Assembly: GCA_944384525.1 (NCBI GenBank)
Contig: CALWTR010000016.1
Span: 4,546 to 68,545 of the forward strand
DNA length: 64,000 nt
Direction: 5' to 3'
Origin: an uncultured Clostridia bacterium
GTDB taxonomy: Bacteria; Bacillota; Clostridia; Oscillospirales; CAG-272
The notes below the pieces were generated by a model that was not told the DNA's origin, did not search any database, and saw only the letters and a program-made list of their open reading frames with translations. Positions 56,524 to 64,000 of this stretch are shown here, one piece after another. Position 1 is the first letter of the stretch, and every line of letters begins with the position of its first letter. Both the position numbers and the translations under genes were made by a program.

Positions 56524-57786
56524 CTATCTTCGACCGCTTTTTTCCTTCTTCTTTCTCTTTTCAGAGCCAGAAGATGCTATGCCGAAGTTTGAGCACAGCT
56601 CAGAGGCGCGCATCAGAGATCCGCTTCCGAATCTCTTTTTTATATCGTCCACACTTCTTTCCTTGACCTCGATCTTTCTCCTTTTTTCATCGGAACCGTC
56701 CGAAAAAAAGTCTATTTGCTCATGTACGTCCGACGCCTTTATGAGATTTGATGCGCTTACTGTTATCGACCTTACTGGCGCATCTGAGCTCCAAAAAGAA
56801 GACATGACCGAGCATGCCGCCTCCGCTATTTCCTTGGAGAGATCGGTCGGCGCCGGAAGAGCCCTTTGTCTTGTCATATCCCTGAGCTGAACGTTCTTCA
56901 CATTTACCGAAACGGTCGAGCATTTCATTCCCTCACGTTTCAGCACCGTACCTATCCTGTCCGAAAGATATTCGATAGCGATGCGGTATTCCTCCGGTGT
57001 TACGAGATCCCTGCTGAACGTAAAACCGTTGCTTACGCTTTTTCTGTCCGGATTCATATCGGCGCTGACTACCGGTCCGTCGTCGATCCCGTTGGCATAT
57101 CTACCGAGCGCTTCGCCGTTTTTCCCGAGCAGTTCGCGCAAAAATTCATTTCCTGCCGACGCCAGGTCTCCGATCGTTCTTATCCCGCTTTCCTTGAGCT
57201 TCAGTGCAGTTTTTCCGCCGACAAAGAGCAGATTTTCCACGTCCATAGGGAAAACGATATCTCGGTAATTTGAGCGATCTATAACTGTTATGGCATCCGG
57301 TTTTTTATAATCACTGCCCAGCTTCGCATATATTTTGCTGAATGAAACGCCTATCGAAAGCGTTACACCGATCTCTTTTTTAACGGCATTACTGATCTTT
57401 TCAGCAGTCTCATAACCCCCGCCGAATATCGCCGCGCTCCCGGTCACGTCAAGCCAGCTCTCGTCTATTCCGAAGGGCTCTACGGTATCGGTAAATCTGT
57501 AATATATCTCGTTTATCCTGCGTGAATAACGTATATAATCGCCGTGATCCGGCGGAACTATGACAAGCGACGGGCACTTTTTCCGTGCCGAATGCACGGT
57601 CTCGGCAGTCTTGATCCCGCACTGTTTTGCGAGCTCATTTTTAGCCAGAACTATCCCGTGTCTGTCTCTCTCGCTTCCGCACACCGCCATCGGAACATAT
57701 CTGAGGGATGGGTCCTTTACCATTTCTACCGAGGCATAGAAAGAATTGCAGTCGCAATGAAGAATTATTTTATCCAAAAGCCTCAC
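56524..57786 (-). CDS. dinB: DNA polymerase IV (Y-family, DinB)
   Basis: ILHCDCNSFYASVE, GIDESWLDVT and SIGVS motifs are present. The start is GTG 57786 or TTG 57777, after GGGGGTGAGG. Confidence 0.9.
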   Translation of the reverse strand: MRLLDKIILHCDCNSFYASVEMVKDPSLRYVPMAVCGSERDRHGIVLAKNELAKQCGIKTAETVHSARKKCPSLVIVPPDHGDYIRYSRRINEIYYRFTDTVEPFGIDESWLDVTGSAAIFGGGYETAEKISNAVKKEIGVTLSIGVSFSKIYAKLGSDYKKPDAITVIDRSNYRDIVFPMDVENLLFVGGKTALKLKESGIRTIGDLASAGNEFLRELLGKNGEALGRYANGIDDGPVVSADMNPDRKSVSNGFTFSRDLVTPEEYRIAIEYLSDRIGTVLKREGMKCSTVSVNVKNVQLRDMTRQRALPAPTDLSKEIAEAACSVMSSFWSSDAPVRSITVSASNLIKASDVHEQIDFFSDGSDEKRRKIEVKERSVDDIKKRFGSGSLMRASELCSNFGIASSGSEKRKKKEKSGRR

Positions 57787-57807
57787 CCCCGGTTTTAGAA
57801 GATAGGT

Positions 57808-59280
57808 TCAACTCAGCTTTGCAGTTTCCGTACCGATCGCCGGCTTTAGAGTAAATATGAATTCGCAGTTCTGCTCATTAACGCTCTTTACTCCTATATG
57901 CTCGCCGTGAGCGTCGATTATCGTCTTTGAAATATAAAGACCGAGTCCGACCCCGACCTTATCGAGACCGCGGCTCTTATCCGATTTGTAGAACCTGTCG
58001 AAGATGTAAGGAAGATCCTCGGCAGATATCCCCTTCCCCTCATCGAATACGGATACGATTATTTTATTCTGTTCTCCGCGTCGTACTCCTATCCTGAATT
58101 TTCCGCCCTCGTTTGCAAATTTTATAGCGTTGTCGCAGAGATTATAGAACACCTGATATATAGCGTCCTTATCGGCGTAAACCAGCATTGAGTCTTCCTG
58201 CACATCGAATATGACGTCAAGTTTTTTATTCTCGATCTTCTGCTCAAACGATATAAGGATAAGCCTTGCCATTTCGCATATATCAAAATTCACAAAATTG
58301 AATTTCCTGTCTCCTGACTCAAGCCGCGATATATCGAGGAGCTGAGATACGAGCCTTGACAGCCTGTGTACTTCCGAGGATATGATACCCAGATAATACT
58401 CCTGCTTTTCCGGCGGTATCGCTCCGCTGTTGATACCGTCTATAAAGCCGGAGATAGTTGTCATAGGCGTGCGGAGATCGTGAGATACGCTCGCAAGGAA
58501 TGAATTACGCATATATTCCAGATGGTCGAGCGAATCAGCCATATCGTTGAACGCCGTGGCCAATTCCGCAACCTCATCCTTTCCGACGACAGGAACGCGG
58601 CTCTTGAAATCTCCTTTAGCATAATTTTTCGCCGCGCCTATCATGGAGCGGAGAGGCTGTATCATTCTGTCTGTTATGAAATAAACGGCTATAACTGCAG
58701 CGAGCATGACCCAAAGGCTCGTCATCACCACCATTTTTATCGTGTCGCTTATCAGTACGTCCTCATTCATATTTGAGCGGCAGGCAAAAACTATTCCGAT
58801 AGGAACGTCATTTGAATCCGGAATGTAACTTCCGAACACCGTGTAGTTTCCGGAAAGCACTCCGCTCAGTGTACACTTCCCCTCGTATTTACCGTCCTTG
58901 AACTCAGAGAGTATACCACTGCCTATAGTCCCGTAAAATTTATTTTGTGTCCCCAGAGATGATGCGACATTGAGAACATTGCCGTCCATATCGGATATAA
59001 CTATCACAAGATTGCGGTCTCTGTCGATAAAATTTTTAAAATACTCGCTGGGAGATACGATATCGGTTATAAACCCCTCAAAGGTATTGTCGTATCCGTT
59101 CTCATAACCGTTAGCCAATATCTCGGATACAGTCATAGCGGTCCACTCGAGATTTTCCTTCTGGTCCTTTGCCGAATAATCCTTAATTATAAATGTTATG
59201 AAAACCGCCTGCATTATAAAACTTATGAAAATTATCAAAGCAAATGCAGAAAGATATTTTATGAATATGTTTTTGAACAT
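57808..59280 (-). CDS. sensor histidine kinase (2 TM, extracytoplasmic domain, HAMP, HisKA, HATPase_c)
   Basis: H-box FLASVSHDLRTPMTTISGF, N-box YNLCDNAIKF, and G-boxes DEGKGI and GVGLGL. No response regulator gene is adjacent. Confidence 0.9.
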   Translation of the reverse strand: MFKNIFIKYLSAFALIIFISFIMQAVFITFIIKDYSAKDQKENLEWTAMTVSEILANGYENGYDNTFEGFITDIVSPSEYFKNFIDRDRNLVIVISDMDGNVLNVASSLGTQNKFYGTIGSGILSEFKDGKYEGKCTLSGVLSGNYTVFGSYIPDSNDVPIGIVFACRSNMNEDVLISDTIKMVVMTSLWVMLAAVIAVYFITDRMIQPLRSMIGAAKNYAKGDFKSRVPVVGKDEVAELATAFNDMADSLDHLEYMRNSFLASVSHDLRTPMTTISGFIDGINSGAIPPEKQEYYLGIISSEVHRLSRLVSQLLDISRLESGDRKFNFVNFDICEMARLILISFEQKIENKKLDVIFDVQEDSMLVYADKDAIYQVFYNLCDNAIKFANEGGKFRIGVRRGEQNKIIVSVFDEGKGISAEDLPYIFDRFYKSDKSRGLDKVGVGLGLYISKTIIDAHGEHIGVKSVNEQNCEFIFTLKPAIGTETAKLS

Positions 59281-59429
59281 CTTTCACCTCTCGCAAACAG
59301 GACGAACTCTCCCCGACCGCATATCTTTAACCGACATACTGTCTGATGTCAGGCACCGGTAAGCCCGCGGCGCCTTCTTAATTATACTACATTTTAACAT
59401 GCCGCGTCAAATAAATTTATAGTTAATCG

Positions 59430-59458
59430 TTGACTATATTTAAATTTTATGTTAAAAT
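59430..59458 (+). promoter_or_regulatory. candidate sigma-A promoter of gltX
   Basis: TTGACT (59430-59435), 17-nt spacer, TGt-TAAAAT (59453-59458). Confidence 0.6.
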
Positions 59459-59538
59459 ACTAGCAATAAAAAAAGAGCCTGGAGCCAGATGCTTTAACTT
59501 GTTTAAGGCTGCGCTCCGGCGCACGAAAGGATCACGTT

Positions 59539-60996
59539 TTGGACGTTCAAAAACCCGTAACAAGATTTGCCCCCAGCCCCACTGGCTATATGCATATAGG
59601 AAACCTGAGAACCGCGCTCTATTCCTTTCTCATAGCCAAGCACGACGGAGGCAAATTCATACTGAGGATCGAGGATACCGACAGAGAAAGGCTCGTTGAT
59701 GGAGCTGTCGATATAATCAAAAATACTTTAAAAATAACTAATCTGCGCTATGACGAAGGCCCGGACGTCGGGGGCGACCACGGTCCGTATGTTCAGTCCG
59801 AGAGGAAAGATATATACGCCGAATACGCAAAAAGACTTGTTGACGGCGGACATGCTTATTACTGCTTCTGCAGTAAAGAGAGACTGGAAGCGCTGCACAG
59901 TGATGACGATACTCACGGCGGATACGACAGACACTGCCGCAACCTCTCGGAAGAGGAGACGAAAAAACTGCTCGCAAGCGGGATCCCGTATGTAATCAGG
60001 CAGAAAATGCCGCTCGAAGGCACCACCACATATGAAGACGCCGTTTTCGGGACTATCTCTGTGAAAAACGAAGAACTGCAGGATCAGATACTCATGAAAG
60101 CGGACGGATATCCGACCTATAATTTTGCTCATGTGGTAGACGATCATCTCATGGGCGTGACACACGTTGTCAGAGGCAGTGAATATCTTTCATCCACTCC
60201 AAAATACGCCCTTCTGTACGATGCGTTCGGATGGCAGAGACCGGTTTATGTACATCTCCCCCTGCTCATGGGAAAGAATGCGGACGGCAGCGTTTCCAAG
60301 CTGTCAAAGCGACATGGCTCTGTAAGCTTTCAGGACCTTATAAAAGACGGCTATTTACCGGACGCAATAATAAATTATATTTCCCTCCTAGGCTGGAGCC
60401 CGAAGAATACAGAGAGCGAGATTTTTTCCCTTGATGACCTTATAAAACTGTTTACGATAGATGGGATAAACAAGTCTCCTGCGGTTTTCGATTTCGATAA
60501 ACTGCTGTGGTTCAACGGCGAGTATATACACCGCTTGAGCTTCGGCGATTTTCTTGATAAAGCGATGCCGTTTGTAAACAAGGACGTTATACCGGAAAAC
60601 GTCAATACCGAAAAAATGCTATCTCTGCTCCATACGAGGATAAGCAAGTTCAGCGAAATAAACGACAGGATATCGCTGTTTATCTCTCTTCCCGACTATT
60701 CAAACGACCTCTTTATAAACAAGAAGAACAAAGTCGACATTGACCTTGCTCGTAAAATTATAAATGAGGCGACGGAGCTCGAGGACGTTGAGGTATGGGA
60801 CAACGATACTATCTACTCCAAACTTATAGCTATGTCCGAAAAGCTCGGTGTCAAAAGCGGCGCCGTGATGTGGTGCCTGAGGATAGCCGTATCCGGTATG
60901 GCGGTAACTCCCGGAGGCGCTACGGAAATTATGGAAGTACTCGGAAAAAAAGAATCCATGAGAAGGATCATGGTTGCCGCAGGCAAACTTGCGTGA
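59539..60996 (+). CDS. gltX: glutamate--tRNA ligase
   Basis: RFAPSPTGYMHIGNLRTAL (HIGH) and KLSKRHG (KMSKS) are present. TTG start lies 7 nt after AAAGGA. Confidence 0.93.
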   Translation: MDVQKPVTRFAPSPTGYMHIGNLRTALYSFLIAKHDGGKFILRIEDTDRERLVDGAVDIIKNTLKITNLRYDEGPDVGGDHGPYVQSERKDIYAEYAKRLVDGGHAYYCFCSKERLEALHSDDDTHGGYDRHCRNLSEEETKKLLASGIPYVIRQKMPLEGTTTYEDAVFGTISVKNEELQDQILMKADGYPTYNFAHVVDDHLMGVTHVVRGSEYLSSTPKYALLYDAFGWQRPVYVHLPLLMGKNADGSVSKLSKRHGSVSFQDLIKDGYLPDAIINYISLLGWSPKNTESEIFSLDDLIKLFTIDGINKSPAVFDFDKLLWFNGEYIHRLSFGDFLDKAMPFVNKDVIPENVNTEKMLSLLHTRISKFSEINDRISLFISLPDYSNDLFINKKNKVDIDLARKIINEATELEDVEVWDNDTIYSKLIAMSEKLGVKSGAVMWCLRIAVSGMAVTPGGATEIMEVLGKKESMRRIMVAAGKLA

Positions 60997-61028
60997 TACA
61001 ACGTTTCGGCGCAGTTGCCAAGACTGCT

Positions 61029-61058
61029 GAAAACCCCGCCCGTGAGCGGGGTTTTCGA
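61029..61058 (+). terminator. rho-independent terminator of gltX
   Basis: AAAACCCCGC / GCGGGGTTTT stem with a 6-nt loop, followed by a T-rich tail. Confidence 0.85.
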
Positions 61059-61084
61059 TTTTGTTAATGATGCCGCCGTTGCTA

Positions 61085-61113
61085 TTGAAAAAAAGACGTA
61101 CCGATGCTATAAT
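61085..61113 (+). promoter_or_regulatory. candidate sigma-A promoter of the rpiR-like gene
   Basis: TTGAAA (61085-61090), 17-nt spacer, TGc-TATAAT (61108-61113). Confidence 0.6.
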
Positions 61114-61174
61114 ATAATTCAGTCAATAAAAAAAGCGTTAGAGTCAAAATCCCTTAAACTCTGCGGAGATAAAT

Positions 61175-62032
61175 ATGGAAAACAATATATCTAAAAAAAT
61201 AGCCGAGCTCATGCCTACCTTTTCAAAAGGCCAGAAGCGCATAGCCGATGCCATCCTTTACGAATACGATAAGACCGCTTTTATGACCGCCGCGAAACTC
61301 GGAGTCTTCGTCGGCGTATCGGAGTCCACCGTAGTGCGTTTCGCTAACGAGCTCGGATTCGACGGTTATCCGGAGTTCCAGCGCGCAGTCCAGGAGCTGG
61401 TGCGCGCCAAGCTCACTCCTAACCAAAGGATAGAGCTTACCGACAGCAGGATCGGCGGCGGAGATATACTTGAGAAAGTGATGTTCTCAGATATAGAAAA
61501 GATCAAATACACATATGAAAACATTGACAGGAAAGCATTTTCGGACGCGGTCGACGCGATACTTAACGCTAAAAATATATATATAACCGGTGTGCGCAGT
61601 TCTGCGTCCCTAGCTTCTTTTCTCAACTTCAATCTGTCTATGATTTTTGACAATATCAAATTCGTGCAGCCGACAAGTTCGAGCGAAGTCTTTGAGCAGA
61701 TCCTCAATATCGGTTCCTCCGACGTAATGATAGCGATAAGCTTCCCAAGATATTCAACAAAAATAATAAATGCGGTTCGGTTTGCACACCAGAACGGCGC
61801 GAACGTCATCGCGCTCACAGACAGCGCCATTTCCCCGCTTGCCGAGCACGCTACCTGCCTTCTGACAGCGCAGAGCGATATGGCGTCTTTTGTTGACTCG
61901 CTCGTAGCTCCGCTCAGTATAATCAACGCCATTATTGTTGCGGTGACCCAGCGCAAGAAAAAAGAAGTCACGGAAAGGTTTGACAAGCTGGAACGTATCT
62001 GGGACGAATATGACGTCTATGCTAAGAGGTGA
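61175..62032 (+). CDS. MurR/RpiR family transcriptional regulator (HTH_6 + SIS domain)
   Basis: N-terminal HTH (AAKLGVFVGVSESTVVRFANELGFDGYPEF) and SIS domain (IYITGVRSSASLA..., DVMIAISFPRYS). Confidence 0.88.
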   Translation: MENNISKKIAELMPTFSKGQKRIADAILYEYDKTAFMTAAKLGVFVGVSESTVVRFANELGFDGYPEFQRAVQELVRAKLTPNQRIELTDSRIGGGDILEKVMFSDIEKIKYTYENIDRKAFSDAVDAILNAKNIYITGVRSSASLASFLNFNLSMIFDNIKFVQPTSSSEVFEQILNIGSSDVMIAISFPRYSTKIINAVRFAHQNGANVIALTDSAISPLAEHATCLLTAQSDMASFVDSLVAPLSIINAIIVAVTQRKKKEVTERFDKLERIWDEYDVYAKR

Positions 62033-62042
62033 ATTTCCGTTA

Positions 62043-63269
62043 ATGAACAAAAAAAGAATAGCCGTCATAGGAGGCGGGGCGTCTGGGCTGATGGCGGCAG
62101 GCACTGCACTCAGATCCGGCGCTGACGTCGTGATATTCGAGCATATGAATACGGTCGGACGCAAGCTCTCCATAACCGGAAAAGGACGATGCAACGTTAC
62201 TAACGATTGCACGCCCGAAGATTTTATAAACAACGTCGTGACCAACCCCAGATTTCTCTATTCCGCGGCTAACGCATTCACGCCTCGCGATACCATGTCT
62301 TTTTTTGAGGAACTAGGAGTCCCGCTCAAAACAGAACGCGGGAACAGGGTCTTCCCTGTCTCGGACAAAGCCGCAGACATTGTTTCGGCATTGAAAAAAT
62401 ACTGTGCCGGGGGAAAAATGATCAATGAAAAAGTCACAGGCATAAAAATTTCGGAAGGCAGAGCGTGCGGTATTGAAAGCCGGAATGGCAGCTATCAGTT
62501 TGATGCCGTTATACTGGCTACCGGCGGAAGATCATATCCGAGAACCGGATCCGACGGCTCCGGCTACAAGCTGGCTCAGGCGGCCGGACACACCGTCACT
62601 ACTCTTTCCCCATCCCTTGTGCCTGTGGTAAGCAATGACTCGGTATGCGCGGAAATGCAAGGCTTGTCTCTGAAGAACGTAGGTCTTAAAGTTTTTCAGG
62701 ACGGAAAGGAATGCTATCGTGATTTCGGCGAGATGCTTTTCACCCACTTCGGGATGAGCGGCCCTATCGTTCTGAGCTCTACATCGCATATAAACAAGCG
62801 AAAGCTTTCGAATGTTTTGTTTGAGATCGACCTCAAACCGGCTCTTTCAGAATCCGCTCTCAACGACAGGATACTGAGAGATTTTTCAGAGCGAAAAAAC
62901 AAAATATTCTCAAACTCCCTGTCCGCACTTCTGCCGTCAAAAATGATAAAGCCGTTTATTGAGCGAAGCGGGATCGCTCCCGACAAGCAGGTCAATTCAG
63001 TAACTCGGGAGGAACGGCTGAAGCTCGTATCCCTTTTCAAAAAATTCGCCGTGCCGGTCAGCGGATTTCGGCCGATAGACGAAGCGATAATCACCTCAGG
63101 CGGGATAGACGTAAAAGAAATAGATTCTAAGACAATGCAATCCAAACTGATCAGAGGTCTGTTTTTTGCGGGCGAGATCATAGATGTGGATGCTTATACC
63201 GGAGGTTTTAATCTCCAAATTGCCTTTTCAACCGGGTTTTTGGCAGGAAAAAACGCGGCAGAATATTGA
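62043..63269 (+). CDS. NAD(P)/FAD-dependent oxidoreductase of the BaiN/HI0933 family
   Basis: IAVIGGGASGLMAAG, ITGKGRCNVTN, LATGGRSYP and a C-terminal FFAGEIIDVDAYTGGFNLQ motif. I prefer ATG 62043 (MNKKRIAVIGGG) over the track start at 61980. Confidence 0.88.
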   Translation: MNKKRIAVIGGGASGLMAAGTALRSGADVVIFEHMNTVGRKLSITGKGRCNVTNDCTPEDFINNVVTNPRFLYSAANAFTPRDTMSFFEELGVPLKTERGNRVFPVSDKAADIVSALKKYCAGGKMINEKVTGIKISEGRACGIESRNGSYQFDAVILATGGRSYPRTGSDGSGYKLAQAAGHTVTTLSPSLVPVVSNDSVCAEMQGLSLKNVGLKVFQDGKECYRDFGEMLFTHFGMSGPIVLSSTSHINKRKLSNVLFEIDLKPALSESALNDRILRDFSERKNKIFSNSLSALLPSKMIKPFIERSGIAPDKQVNSVTREERLKLVSLFKKFAVPVSGFRPIDEAIITSGGIDVKEIDSKTMQSKLIRGLFFAGEIIDVDAYTGGFNLQIAFSTGFLAGKNAAEY

Positions 63270-63288
63270 TTTTGCAGTGAGGTCAACT

Positions 63289-64000
63289 ATGTACAGAATT
63301 GCGATCGACGGCCCCGGCGGAGCCGGCAAGAGCAGTGTCGCCAAAATGGTGGCAAAAGCCTGCGGCATAATTTATGTCGACACCGGCGCACTCTATCGTA
63401 CCGTAGCGTTATACATGATAAAAAACGGGATCGACATCGACAACGAGGATGCGGTCCGGTCCGCTCTGGAGTCAGTAAAAATAACTCTCTCATTTTCGGA
63501 CGGAGTACAAAAGATATTTCTCTGCGGTGAGGATGTAGGCGACAGTATAAGGACACCGGAGATATCAATGGCGGCATCCAAAGTATCGGCCATACGATCC
63601 GTCAGAGATTTTCTTCTTGATACACAGCGCTCTATCGCGGCAGAACAGAGCGTTATAATGGACGGCAGAGATATAGGAAGCGTTATACTTCCGGATGCTG
63701 AGATAAAAATATTTCTGACAGCCTCGCCTGAGGCCAGAGCGCGCAGAAGATGCGACGAATTACATGCAAAAGGCATAGATGTTCAATATGAAACCGTACT
63801 GAAAGAAATGAATGAACGCGACAGGAATGATTCAACAAGAGCCCTGTCGCCGTGCATCCGTGTTAAAGATGCCGTCCTTATCGACAACTCGAAAATAACT
63901 CTTGAGGAAACGCGCGACAAGATCCTGCGCCTTATAAGAAAGCGCATGGACAAAAAATTCAAGCTTTATATAGCCTTAAAAGCAACGCTCGGATGGGCGG
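63289..64000 (+). CDS. cmk: cytidylate kinase; reading frame still open at the window end
   Basis: Own translation: MYRIAIDGPGGAGKSSVAKMVAKACGIIYVDTGALYR...IMDGRDIGSVILPDAEIKIFLTASPEARARRR...RD..D. GAGGT SD. Not in the ORF track because no stop codon occurs before position 64000. Confidence 0.9.
   Translation, partial: MYRIAIDGPGGAGKSSVAKMVAKACGIIYVDTGALYRTVALYMIKNGIDIDNEDAVRSALESVKITLSFSDGVQKIFLCGEDVGDSIRTPEISMAASKVSAIRSVRDFLLDTQRSIAAEQSVIMDGRDIGSVILPDAEIKIFLTASPEARARRRCDELHAKGIDVQYETVLKEMNERDRNDSTRALSPCIRVKDAVLIDNSKITLEETRDKILRLIRKRMDKKFKLYIALKATLGWA

Noticed and set aside
59459-59538. Possible T-box riboswitch in front of gltX. The same question applies upstream of glnS at 26402-26441.
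   Set aside because: The gltX leader is only about 75 nt, and the glnS gap is 40 nt. That is far too short for a T-box (about 200 nt or more), and I found no T-box consensus or terminator/antiterminator pair.
63287-63776. Minus-strand ORFs 63287-63577 (96 aa) and 63393-63776 (127 aa).
   Set aside because: They lie entirely inside the cmk coding region, whose Cmk motifs are clear. These are Arg/Cys/Ser-rich shadow translations.
1-64000. A general search for mobile elements, CRISPR arrays, prophage remnants, toxin-antitoxin pairs, restriction-modification or other defence systems, large repeats and compositional islands.
   Set aside because: No transposase, integrase, recombinase, reverse transcriptase, Cas-like gene or nuclease/methylase pair was recognisable. 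No intergenic gap exceeds about 510 bp. I saw no spaced direct-repeat array. The tRNA pair is not followed by an integrase or an att-like duplication. I could not compute genome-wide repeat or k-mer statistics, so short dispersed repeats may have been missed.

Overview
This 64-kb window looks like ordinary core chromosome from a spore-forming Firmicute of class Clostridia. That placement is inferred from gene content only: a pdaA-like deacetylase, yabP/yabQ, a SleC-like cortex hydrolase, glnS and a glgB-C-D-A-P operon. Coding density is about 90 percent, and I can support 64 protein genes and 2 tRNAs. In order, the main blocks are as follows. (1) Cell-wall and spore-cortex genes (two NodB deacetylases), rpsU, folD-lgt, an M16 peptidase pair, an Rrf2 regulator and a long PRPP-synthetase homolog. 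(2) A three-gene SleC-like / peptidoglycan-binding cluster, clpC and tRNA-Arg/tRNA-His. (3) NfeD-SPFH, a stand-alone ACP, a CDF transporter and a 2-hydroxyacid dehydrogenase. (4) rpmG-secE-nusG-rplK-rplA. (5) A packed minus-strand operon of MBL hydrolase, glnS, comFC and two half-size ChrA genes. (6) DUF3343 plus a class V aminotransferase, and aroK. (7) A glycogen operon, glgB-glgC-glgD-glgA-glgP-GH13. (8) MOP flippase, hup, yabO, yabP and yabQ. (9) recJ-relA-dtd-hemZ and a uridine-kinase-like gene. (10) A COG2509 flavoprotein and cdaA. (11) A Crp/Fnr regulator translationally coupled to a NitT/TauT-type ABC transporter. (12) dinB, an orphan histidine kinase, gltX, rpiR, a BaiN-like flavoprotein and cmk. 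I see no transposase, integrase, phage, CRISPR, restriction-modification or recognisable defence genes, and no large unexplained gap. I therefore do not think the window holds a clear novel multi-gene system. The items most worth a second look are these. First, a SleC-like germination enzyme is split into two in-frame cistrons by a TGA that forms part of a Shine-Dalgarno sequence, roughly where Csp proteases normally cut. Second, the rpmG-secE-nusG leader carries a terminator-like hairpin and a 6-codon mini-ORF with a perfect SD. Third, cdaA lacks cdaR/glmM, and an unannotated 36-codon membrane micro-ORF overlaps the next gene's candidate start by GTGA. All product names come from motif recognition by eye and none has been checked against a database.
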